Shown here: positions 10,580-20,000 of the stretch, one piece after another
Layout: each line of letters begins with the position of its first letter
Position numbering within the stretch: position 1 is the first letter of the stretch
Made by a program: the position numbers and the translations under genes
Notes under the pieces: generated by a model
The model's database searches: none
What the model saw: only the letters and a program-made list of their open reading frames with translations
Told to the model about the DNA's origin: nothing
NCBI RefSeq assembly: GCF_004010195.1
Contig: NC_057718.1
Coordinates: 27,768,487-27,788,486 of the forward strand
Direction of reading: 5' to 3'
Source of the DNA: Chiloscyllium plagiosum
Taxonomy: Eukaryota
Length of the DNA stretch: 20,000 bases

Positions 10580-11601
10580 TCCAAGCCCTTGGACTGCGAT
10601 CGAACACTGCTCTTGACTGACTGTGGTGGGATCCACTGACAAACAACAGTCCTCCTGGTCTTGACTGACGATTATTCCCCTTAAGCCTGGAGACATGGCT
10701 ATTTAGTTGAAGCACATTCAATGTGTTTGCTATGTATGCAGGTGCACATACAGCAACATGTCCACCCCTCCCCCATTGACTGATCACTGCTGATAACCAT
10801 GAGAACCAACCTGGCTTTATGCCTGCACAAAGCAGCAAACAAGACAAAAATCTTTAAGTTCTGAATGAACTGGCAAAGTATAAAATGGCAAGGCAATGAT
10901 GTGAGTATCCAGCAGGCTGCAACGTGAGAGCACTGAAAAAGCAAATGGGGAGCCTTGAGCTGCAGCCTGGTCCAAACCATGAGGTGGGGGTTTGTACAAG
11001 CTGCCCCCCCCCCACCCCCTCCACAGCAGCATTACAGTGGAACATGCTGGGCCATGCCAAAGTGCAGCTTTGAAATGGAGAACAGTAGAGTAAGTGAGTC
11101 AAAGGGCAGGTATTTACTGCCAATGCAGCATTAGCTGGAGATGTTGGGGACTGCAGTCCAGGAGGCCTGGAGGAGCAAGTGGTGACTTGAGTTGTCAGCT
11201 TTAACTTTCATGTCGGGGATCATTGCTGTCCAGTTTCTCTCTGGAGCACAGTGCAATAGGAAACTGCATATCAATGAGACAAGATGAAGTAGTAATAATG
11301 TGAAATGATGCAAGTAGGCCTCTTACCACATATTAACAAAATTGTCCTCTCCACTCAAAAGCTGGTTGTAGAATCTGACTTGTTTCTTGACATTAGATCT
11401 AAATTTTAGGGACTCAGTACATTTTCTCAACTGACTTGGCAGGTCTATGTTGTTGAGGGGCTGGAAAGATTTTGCCCATTAACCTATTCCTCTTTTTGCA
11501 GATGCTGCCTAGACTGATGAGATTATTCATTGTTTTTACTTTATAACTTGAAGCTGTACAAGTTGCCTTTACCAAACAGTCTTGGTCTAGAATTAGTTCC
11601 C

Positions 11602-11838
11602 TGTAGTAATTGGAATCAGGGCCAGGTAGATCTCATTAACTATAAGATCCTTGATTTGGTTTGTTAACCTGGGCCAATCAGGGAGCTCTGGCTGACAGAT
11701 AGATATAAACAGGAGATTGAGCAGGTCTCCTCAGTCTAGGGACTGGCTTGGAGCTGGCTGGTCAGAGCCTATGTACTATGCACATGTAAATAAAGGCTGA
11801 CTTGGTGACAGAATACTGGTCTCTATGCAGTTATTTAA
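11602..11838 (+). mobile_element. Solo LTR (237 bp)
   Basis: Starts TGTAGTAAT and ends GTTATTTAA (decayed TG..CA inverted ends). 5-bp TSD TTCCC (11597-11601, 11839-11843). CCAAT at 11674, TATAAA at 11704 and AATAAA at 11789, in LTR order. Confidence 0.7.
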
Positions 11839-12412
11839 TTCCCCCATCCAGTTAAATCCATATAGACGTCAGTAGGGCCCCTTCTGAGCAGCCTGTTTTC
11901 AAAGTTGAAAAGTTGTAGCTAATTTTCTCATTTCATCTGTCACTGAAGTTTAGAATGCAGATGAAAAATTAAGAGGATTTTATTTTCTGATTTGTTTTTA
12001 AATAATGTAACTGAGTGAGCAGAGGAGTGATAATGTTGTATATGAAGTAACTTACAGACATTTGCTTTCTCAAGGAAATACAGGAAATGAGCATTTTACT
12101 ATGGTACCTACACCCTATACTTCAAACACATGGCTATTTTATTGTTTAAGTAACTGTTATTTACTGCTGTTTCTAGGGTGGTTGCTGATACTTGAAAAAT
12201 GATTTCAATTTGACAGTGATTATGTCTTTAATTCTATGAATAGTTCAGCAATACCAACCAGGATTGGATCCACTGAATGGGAGGCCGAGTAATAAACTTC
12301 TGGTGTAGGTCTGCTGTTACATTTGAAGCATTTTCACATTTTCTGGCCAAAGACACAGATTCCCACTCCCCCTCGCCGTGGGCGGCATGGTGGCTCAGTG
12401 GTTAGCACTGCT
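11702..12412 (+). repeat. 711-bp direct duplication, copy 1
   Basis: Matches 14864-15574 at a constant offset of 3162, with no indels and 6 substitutions counted by eye. Confidence 0.97.
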
Positions 12413-12638
12413 GCGTCACAGCGCCAGGAATCCTTGGGTGACTGTCTGTGTGGAGTTTGCACATTCTCCCTGTGTCTGTGTGGGTTTCCTCCTGGTGCTC
12501 CGGTTTCCTCCCACAATCCAAAGATGTGTAGGTCATGTGAATTGACAATGGGGCTGGGTGGGTTACTCTTCGGAGGGTCGGTGTGGACTTGTTGGGCCGA
12601 AGGGCCTGTTTCCACACTGTAGGGAATCTAATCTAAAA
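12380..12638 (+). mobile_element. HE1-like tRNA-derived V-SINE (chimeric, with internal deletions)
   Basis: Head gggcggcatggtggctcagtggttagcactg (A box), V-domain gtgtggagtttgcacattctccc...gggtttcctcc, LINE-like tail and aatctaatct end. The B-box region is partly deleted. Confidence 0.9.
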
Positions 12639-12652
12639 ACTACATCTTATTT

Positions 12653-14606
12653 TTAAAGTTAACGGGTCCCTGACGGCGCCCCTTCGCTTCACGAGAGGAG
12701 TGCGTCAAGGCTGCCTCCTGTCCAGCCAGCTGTATTCCCTGTGCGTGGAGCCTTTCCTGCGCCTCTTGCAGAGGAGGTTGTCGCGGGCACGGGGGTGGTC
12801 CTCTCGGCCTACGCCGACGACGTGCTCCTCACTTTCACCGACCCCGCTGACCTGGGGAGGATGCGCGAGTGCCAGACCGTGTACTCAGCGGCGTCTTCAA
12901 CCAGGATCAACTGGGCCAAATGTACCGGACTACTGGTCGGTCCATGGCAGGTGGACTCTCTGCCGGAGGAGTTACGGGGGTTCAGCTGGAGTACCACCCA
13001 TCTCCTCTACCTGGGGGTCTACCTCAGCCCGGCTGAGGAATCCTGGCCGGCCAACTGGCAGGAGCTGGAGGCCAAAGTCTCGGCTGGCCTAGGCCGCTGG
13101 ACAGGACTGCTCCGAGTGCTATCTTACAGGAGTTGAGTGCTGGTCATAAACCAGCTGTTGACTTTGGTCCCTCCTCCTGGCTTTGTCGCTGACATCCAGA
13201 GAACGTTGCTCGACTTCTTCTGGGACAAAAAGATGCACTGGGTCGCTGCGCAGATTCTGAGTCTCCCTATTGAGGAGGGCAGTCAGTCGTTGGTGTGCGT
13301 CCACACCCAGGTCGCGACTTTCTGCCTTCAGACCTTGCAGCGATACCCTTATGTCAAGCCTCCTCCGAGGTGGTGCGCCCTGGCGATGTAATTTTTCTGC
13401 CAGGTACTTAACCTCAACTACGACACGCAGCTCCTGTTCGTCGACCGTGACGGTTTGGAGGTCACCCTCAAGACGCTGCCTGTCTTTTACCAGGACCTGA
13501 TCACTGTCTGGAACATGGTCGAATCGCGCCGTGCCTACCCTCCGGCTGGAGTAGCGGCTGTCGTCAGGGAGCCGTTGCTCAGGAATCCGCACCTCCGTAC
13601 TCGTGGCTTTGAGTGGTTGTCGAAGGGGAGGGTCATTGCAGTGAGGGTGACTAGGGTCGGGGACGTGCTGTGTGGCGGGGGCCTGGGCTGGACGCTGCCG
13701 CAGGGCATAGTGAGCAGGGCAGCGGTAGATGTCCGATACGTGGCCACCGCCATCCGACGCCTTAAAACGGCGGTGCTCAGACACGAAGTAGTGCACCAGT
13801 TGGAGGATGCTCAGGTGTGCGGTGGGATCCCGTCCGCGCTCACCCCAGCCCGGACAGAATTTCACATTGGCCCCAAGATCCTGTACTTCCCACGGGAGCC
13901 TGTGCCCCACAATCTGAGCGGCCTCCAGAATTTTAGTTTTGTCCCTTTTAAGGACGTAAAAAGGCGGGTCCTGTATCGACTGCTGCTGCACACCATCCAT
14001 CTCTTCTCCCTCATCCACCGTCCAGACATGCCTTGGCATGCCCATTTGCCACCGGGCGGTGGGGATATCCAGTGGAGGGCTCTCTACGCGGGAGTCCTCC
14101 CCCTTTCTCTCGGGGATCTGGGGTGGAGGGTGCTGCACGCAGTGGTCCCCTGCAACCGCAGATTGCAGTGGTTCACAGACTCCCAGCCCAATTGCATGTT
14201 CTGTGGCGCTGTGGAGTCCGTGGACCATGTATATATTGGGTGTGGGCGTTTGCACTCCTTTTTTGATTTTCTCAAAAACCTCCTTCTCTGTTTTTGGTTG
14301 CACTTCAGTCACATGCTCCTGATCTTCGGGCACCCGGTACGGAGGAGGGAGGGCAGGTTTGAAGACCTCCTCGTGGGTCTGCTCCTGGGCCTGGCCAAAC
14401 TGGCCATAAACAGGTCCAGGCAGCGGGCCGTGGAGGGGGTTGTTAGGGCCGACTGCCTGCCCCTCTTCCGCGGTTATGTTAGGGCCCGGGTGTCCTTGGA
14501 GAAGGAGCACGAGGTGTCCACCAACACCCTGGAGTTGTTCAGGGAGAGGTGGGCGCCGCAGGGAGTGGAGTGCATTATTTCCCCCTCCAACTCTATTTTG
14601 ATTTAG
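12653..14606 (+). pseudogene. Disrupted ORF2 (RT C-terminal half plus zinc knuckle) of the Tx1-like element
   Basis: Pieces 12700-, 12741-13136, 13137-13391 and 13455-14606 are separated by a frameshift near 12780 and in-frame stops at 13134-13136 and 13389-13391. Confidence 0.88.
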
Positions 14607-14863
14607 TCCCTACCCTCCCCTTCACTGTTTGATCACACAGCATTGCCCTTCGATGTGAAGGGCACTGCTTGTCACAGGCCACTCGGGTGTTTCCATTCTT
14701 CCTGGTGGTGGAAACTGAAAAGATTTGTGCACCTTGTGTCTTTCACTGTGTCTCACACCTGCACACACGCACCATGGGTGCTGGGGGAAAAAAAATAAGC
14801 ACTACCGCAGTTAGGCGTGAGTGTGGGGGGTAAAAAATAAGAAAGGAAAAACAGAAAACAAAT
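12653..14863 (+). mobile_element. 5'-truncated Tx1/L1-clade non-LTR retrotransposon
   Basis: RT motifs KVNGSLT..RGVRQGCLLS and AYADDV, C-terminal CCHC finger CMFCGAVESVDHVYIGC, stop at 14606, 3' UTR and A-rich tail ending near 14863. Confidence 0.92.
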
Positions 14864-15574
14864 GATATAAACAGGAGATTGATCAGGTCTCCTCAGTCTA
14901 GGGACTGGCTTGGAGCTGGTTGGTCAGAGCCTATGTACTATGCACATGTAAATAAAGGGTGACTTGGTGACAGAATACTGGTCTCTATGCAGTTATTTAA
15001 TTCCCCCATCCAGTTAAATCCATATAGACGTCAGTAGGGCCCCTTCTGAGCAGCCTGTTTTCAAAGTTGAAAAGTTGTAGCTAATTTTCTCATTTCATCT
15101 GTCACTGAAGTTTAGAATGCAGATGAAAAATTAAGAGGATTTTATTTTCTGATTTGTTTTTAAATAATGTAACTGAGTGAGCAGAGGAGTGATAATGTTG
15201 TATATGAAGTAACTTACAGACATTTGCTTTCTCAAGGAAATACAGGAAATGAGCATTTTACTATGGTACCTACACCCTATACTTCAAACACATGGCTACT
15301 TTATTGTTTAAGTAACTGTTGTTTACTGCTGTTTCTAGGGTGGTTGCTGATACTTGAAAAATGATTTCAATTTGACAGTGATTATGTCTTTAATTCTATG
15401 AATAGTTCAGCAATACCAACCAGGATTGGATCCACTGAATGGGAGGCCGAGTAATAAACTTCTGGTGTAGGTCTGCTGTTACATTTGAAGCATTTTCACA
15501 TTTTCTGGCCAAAGACACAGATTCCCACTCCCCCTCGCTGTGGGCGGCATGGTGGCTCAGTGGTTAGCACTGCT
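14864..15574 (+). repeat. 711-bp direct duplication, copy 2 (includes the 3' half of the solo LTR, 14864-15000)
   Basis: About 99% identical to 11702-12412 and begins immediately after the Tx1 A-rich tail. Confidence 0.97.
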
Positions 15575-15872
15575 AACTCACAGCTCCAGGGACCTGGGTA
15601 CGATTTCAGCCTTGCGCAACAGTATGTGTGGAGTTTGCACATTCTCCCCGTGTCTGCGTGGGTTTCCTCCGGGTGCTCCGGTTTCCTCCCACAGTCCAAA
15701 GATGTGCAGGGTAGGTTAATTGGCTATGCTAAATTGCCCATCGTTTTAGGTACATTAGTCAGGGGTAAATGTAGGTGAATGGGTCTGGGTGGATTGTCTG
15801 GGTCTAGAGCATCGGTGTGGACTTGTTGGGCCGAAGGGCCTGTTTCTATACTGTTGGGAATCTAATCTAATC
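15542..15872 (+). mobile_element. HE1-like V-SINE
   Basis: tRNA-like head, V-domain, tail gtgtggacttgttgggccgaagggcctgtttc, and (aatct)n end. Confidence 0.92.
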
Positions 15873-16344
15873 TCTCCACAAATATTGGGGCTTCTCATAT
15901 GCTGGAGAGAGAGAGAGAGAATACAAATCTGGCAGGGTTTCAGCTGATGTTGGCTATCCAGTTACACTCTGCAAAGAAGTTATCTGGTTGTTGACAATAG
16001 GATTTGCTTTAGTTATAAAACCTGCTGTCAATATTCGCATGCAATGGATAGCAAATTCAGTGAGATGTTGGTTTCTAGGGCAGCATGTAGGAAACTGGAG
16101 GAGGAAACTGTGATTCTGCCAAGAACCTTCCATTGACGTTCCTACAGACATGCCGTGCTGTTGTGAAGGAACAGCTGTCACCTCCACCAGGAAGAAGAAA
16201 AGGTGCAACTTTTTCCTGGTGACAGCGCAAGCCTGTTATTTCTAACCACTGTCTGACAGAGTATGTGCCAGATGGGAATGTCAATGAAGGTGAAAGTGCC
16301 AGAAGTCTGGTACAGCATTGCTCTCTTGAAACCTGAGATTTTCT

Positions 16345-16585
16345 CCCAGTGACAGTGAAGGGACAGTGATTTAGTTCCAAGTCAGAATGGTGTGTGGCTT
16401 GGAGGGGAACTTGCAGGTACTGGTGATCTCAGATAGAAGAAGTCGTCGGTTTGTCAGCTGCTGTTAAAAGAGCCTTGGCAAGTTGTTGCAGTGCATCTTA
16501 TAGATGGTACATTCTTGGAAGGTGTTAGAAAGGTGCCAAACAAATGGGCTGCTTTGTCCTGGACGTTTTAAGCTTCTTGAGAGTT
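16345..16585 (-). mobile_element. CR1/L2-group LINE ORF2 C-terminal relic
   Basis: Minus-strand peptides TLKKL..QDKAAHLFG and TIYKMHCNNLPRL, typical of the end of ORF2 in this group. Confidence 0.7.
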
Positions 16586-17059
16586 TTTATGTGTGCTGCT
16601 AATTTGAGCTTTCACTTTTATTGAAATTGAGTGCATGTTGGAAATCTGTGAAGGTTATGTTTGAAAGTGCAGGCCAAGGTCAAAAATAATAGGAGTGCCA
16701 TTGCAATGGTTTGTCATAGATAACTTTAAACTCTTGCATAATTGCCTTTTGCACACATAATATATGTGTGTAACATTCGTATCAGGTTTGGACTTTAACA
16801 TTTGTCTACTGTGGGCAGGGCAGCCACTGGTCATATTGCTGAATGAGTCTTTAATTTCAATATTTTTGTAACAGTTGTGTTGATTCTTTTAAGTCTGATT
16901 TCTTTATTGCCTTTTATGATGTAGTTCTCCAGGAAAGAGACAGTATCAATAACATTAGGCTATTGATCTGCAATGGGAAACCAGTGAAATTATATCGCTG
17001 CCAAAAATAGGGCAACTATTTAGTTAAGGGTACACAGTCATTCGCAACACTGCATTCAG

Positions 17060-17290
17060 TTCCGTTTGCAGGACAAACTGATTTCCAAAATAAAATCTGT
17101 TTGTTTCTTTCTGTTTGATGCTTCAGTCAGATTGCACACCCACATTTCAGAAGTACTGATTGGTGAAATTCAGTTTGGAGAGTTTCATCCAATATTGTAC
17201 AGATTACAACACATGGAGTCCCAAATTACAACATTACGGTTCAAGGTCGTGATATGGAACAGGTGACATCAATACTGTGGAGATGTGTAT
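17060..17290 (+). mobile_element. Possible decayed RTE-like RT fragment
   Basis: Scraps LQDKL, TFQKY*LVKFSLE, PNYNITVQGRDMEQVTS and QYCG follow the order of RT motifs (LQ..L, YGL.IS..K, I.V.G..LEQV..F.YLG). Confidence 0.3.
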
Positions 17291-17303
17291 GCAGCCTAAA
17301 AAA

Positions 17304-17612
17304 GGCTCTTGTGGTTTGTGGTAGTGCTTTACCTCTGGGAAAGGAGGTTCAAGTCCCAAGTGCTCCAGCTATTTGTGCTAACATTTTGAACGTTAGTAAA
17401 TAGCTACACAGGCTAAAGGAGAGGGAGGTGGAGGGGAGGGGAGTGGTTATGGCCTACAGGTAGTGTCTCTGTGTCCCTGCTAATGTGCCACATGTCTGAA
17501 CAGTTTGTTAAAAAATATCTATGCTGCTTAAACAAAGGGATTTTGTGGCGCAAGAGGTGCAGGTTCAAGTCCCAGAGGTGCATCTTTGAATAGGCTGATT
17601 AGAAAATACCTA
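17304..17612 (+). mobile_element. Cluster of three decayed short tRNA-like SINE copies
   Basis: Units at about 17304-17405, 17445-17521 and 17537-17612 share (t)tgtgg..gtggtagtg (A-box-like), ggttcaagtccca (B box, units 1 and 3) and tgaa..g..g.tta.aaaata.ct ends. Confidence 0.55.
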
Positions 17613-18000
17613 CACTGCCTAAATAAAGCTGTAGTACCACAGCTCATACTCAGGGAAATAGGGGATGAGAACTCCTGCAGAGGCAGACACGAGGCCGCAG
17701 TTGGATACTGAAATTCAAGGTTTGATGGCTGTCCACTGACTGGGGAGCCATTTGGAAAGAATGATGGAAAATGGCTTCTGAGAATCAGAGGCCAGTCTCT
17801 GCTCATCTACAGGATCCAACTAACACCTCCAGCTCTACCCTTCTGCTGACCTGTGAGCATTCAAGCAGAAGTTATCCACCCTTATAATGTTGTCATCTTA
17901 TCTTGCATATACTGATACAATTTTTTTATAGCCAATCCCTCGATAACCAGTCCATGTGGGTGTCAGTATGCAGGACTAGACTGGCCGTATCCATTGAATG

Positions 18001-18326
18001 TTAGACCCCCCTACAGTGCGGAAGCAGGCCATTCAGCCCATCGAGTCAACACTGGCCCTCCGTAGATCAGCCCACAGACCCTGTAACCCTGCATTTCACA
18101 AGTCAATTGACTTAGCCAGCACATGCCAGGATACTATGGCCAATCCACTTAACCCGCACATCTTTGTGGGAGGAAATCGGAGCACCCAGAGGAAACTCAC
18201 ACAGATACAGGGGGAACGTGCAAACTCCACACAGGCAGTTGCCCAAAGCTGGAATCAAACCCAGGTCCCTGTGGTGCTGTGAGGCAGCAGTGCTAACCAC
18301 TGAGCCACCCACATTCAATGCCACCC
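18001..18326 (-). mobile_element. HE1-like V-SINE
   Basis: Reverse complement of head (gcagcagtgctaaccactgagccacc), B box (ggaatcaaacc), V-domain (gtgcaaactccacac) and tail. Confidence 0.9.
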
Positions 18327-18656
18327 ATTCATTGCTACTACACCCGCTGGAAAGTTCTTCCAGCCCTGGGATGAGGTTGACCTCAGACCAATGAAGCTCA
18401 ATGATGCTGTAACTCAATGAACAATGCAGATGTCTCAAATATTGGCCTATACCAAAATGGTTTACCACGAAGAGGTCCTAGGGATCAGTATAGTAGCAAA
18501 CAGGAATATTTAGTAGACTTTGGCCCAATGTTCTGAAAGATGTTTGGAGGCCCATTTCCAATATATATATACAGAGTTCCTCCTCCATTGTCATTGAAGT
18601 TTAAAGAGTTCTGATTTGATTACAGAGTTACACATTGGAACGTCCACTCATTCATT

Positions 18657-18974
18657 GGGCGGCACGGTGGCACAGTGGTTAGCACTGCTGCCTCACAGCG
18701 CCAGGGACCCGGGTTCAATTCCCGCCTCAGGCGACTGACTGTGTGGAGTTTGCACATTCTCCCCGTGTCTGCGTGGGTTTCCTCCGGGTGCTCCGGTTTC
18801 CTCCCACAATCGAAAAATGTGCAGGTCAGGTGAATTGGCCATGCTAAATTGCCCGTAGTGTTAAGTAAGGGGTAAATGTAGGGATATGGGTGGGTTGCGC
18901 TTTGGCGGGTCGGTGTGGACATGTTGGGCCAAAGGGCCTGTTTCCACACTGTAATGTAATCTAATCTAATCTAA
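18657..18974 (+). mobile_element. HE1-like V-SINE, near full length
   Basis: A box TGGCACAGTGG, B box GGTTCAATTCC, V-domain, LINE-derived tail and (TCTAA)3 end. Confidence 0.95.
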
Positions 18975-19713
18975 TTCTGGTCTGCTGACCTCAAAATGGA
19001 AAAGCATTGATTTCATGCTAAAGGCACTATGCCAGAAGAGATTCCCTCCTTGAAATACAAAAGGTATTTTTATTAAGAACAGTTGAGATTGATGTTTAAG
19101 TCATCACAAACTTGTCAATCTGCCCAATTACTATTTTGAGAAACTAATGCATTTCCACCACTCCACTCCCCCCACCCCCAACTCTGAAATTTCAAGCTAT
19201 TGTTCATGTTTCCCTAGTTTTCCGGCTCTTCTCCTGACAGTGCTGACTCTTGCCAGGATATTGTTAACACAAACTAGGAGACATCTGCAAATGGCCATTC
19301 CTCTGGTATGAATGTAATGATGAGAGTTTGCAGGCTAATTAAATACAGAGGGCATCTCAATAAAGGTCAAAGCTCTTCTCACCCAACATCTAAGTATTTG
19401 CATGTTCCAGCAATGTTCACAGGAAAACAATTAGCAAGGAGAATGCTGATTGATTTTTTTTAATGTTTAACACATCCAGAAGATATTATAAACACACAGC
19501 CGATCAATGAACATTGAGGAGAGAACAAATAAGTTGATGCTTCAGGCATACATCTCTTCACCAGGTCAGCAGAATATGAAAAGATGAACAAGTATTTTAT
19601 TAGAAACAGAACAAAAGGGAAGAGAAACACAAGAAATAGTGAAATTTTTTAAATGTTGGATGGTTGAGATGAAAACAGCATTGAAGTAAATAGAGACAAT
19701 ATAGGCAAACGAC

Positions 19714-19800
19714 AAAACTTTGCATCTATATGGCACCTTTAAAATAATCAAACATCCCAAGGTGTTTCACAAGAGCAATAGAAATACAAGTATGACACAA
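19714..19800 (-). mobile_element. L2-type LINE/SINE 3' tail relic
   Basis: Reverse complement reads tgtgaaacaccttgggatgtt...aaaggtgccatatagatgcaaagtt, matching the L2-type tail pattern (tgtgaagcgccttggga..aaaggcgctatataaatgcaagt). Confidence 0.6.
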
Positions 19801-19877
19801 AGCACATTTCAATGGAGGAAAATGATGTAGAGAGACAGAGGAAGGGTCTCTCTGATGTAGGAAGGGTCTATGGTTCT

Positions 19878-20000
19878 GGATCAGTGATGCTGGAAGAGCA
19901 CAGCAATTCAGGCAGCATCCGACGAGCAGCAAAATCGACGTTTCGGGCAAAAGCCCTTCATCAGGAATAAAGGCAGAGAGCCTGAAGCGTGGAGAGATAA
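19878..20000 (-). mobile_element. Penelope-like terminal repeat (family B-related), running off the window
   Basis: Homologous to 6707-6787 and 9965-10050. Intact hammerhead-like motif on the minus strand at 19934-19967 (ttc-CTGATGA-a-gggc-tttt-gccc-GAAA-CG-TC-ga). Confidence 0.85.

Noticed and set aside
11455..11545. Very old Penelope-like terminus (cagatgctgcctagactgatgag)
   Set aside because: Only a short match; too decayed to support as a feature.
13119..14510. 463-aa minus-strand ORF
   Set aside because: Antisense shadow of the GC-rich Tx1 ORF2, with no recognisable domain and lying wholly within the element.
11702..15574. LTR retrotransposon interpretation of the long direct repeats around an RT
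   Set aside because: The RT is non-LTR type (YADD, CCHC finger, A-rich tail). The repeats lack TG..CA ends, PBS and PPT, and consist of host DNA, half an LTR and a SINE head.
17127..17262. Candidate coding exon (AG...CAG|GTG); cadherin-like YNITVQGRDME
   Set aside because: The open frame has no recognisable product, the donor is weak, and the motif is better explained as a decayed LINE RT.
18657..18730. tRNA gene
   Set aside because: The A/B boxes belong to the SINE head, which continues into the V-domain and LINE tail.
1..20000. Prokaryotic systems (CRISPR arrays, operons, retrons)
   Set aside because: No regularly spaced repeats or gene-dense organisation; the sequence is vertebrate repeat-rich DNA.

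Overview
Eukaryotic, repeat-rich non-coding DNA (intron or intergenic) with two assembly gaps (2355-2854, 6154-6264). The repeat families point to a cartilaginous fish, probably a shark: HE1-type tRNA-derived V-SINEs with (TCTAA)n tails, CR1/HER1-like LINE 3' ends and Penelope-like elements. No host protein-coding exon can be supported. The window holds CR1 fragments, four HE1-like SINEs, a solo LTR, a 5'-truncated and decayed Tx1/L1-clade LINE, several Penelope-derived insertions and faint possible Harbinger relics. Two features stand out. (1) The Tx1 insertion is bracketed by a 711-bp, ~99% identical direct duplication (11702-12412 / 14864-15574). It starts right after the A-rich tail and ends inside a chimeric SINE, so it looks like a giant target-site duplication resolved by SINE-SINE homology. 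(2) There are tiny, TSD-flanked, fold-back Penelope-derived elements whose inversion point falls on a minimal hammerhead-ribozyme motif; five such motifs from two families occur in the window. A CAG|GTAAGT recursive-splice-site-like motif lies at 3415/3416. Family names are from pattern recognition, not database searches.
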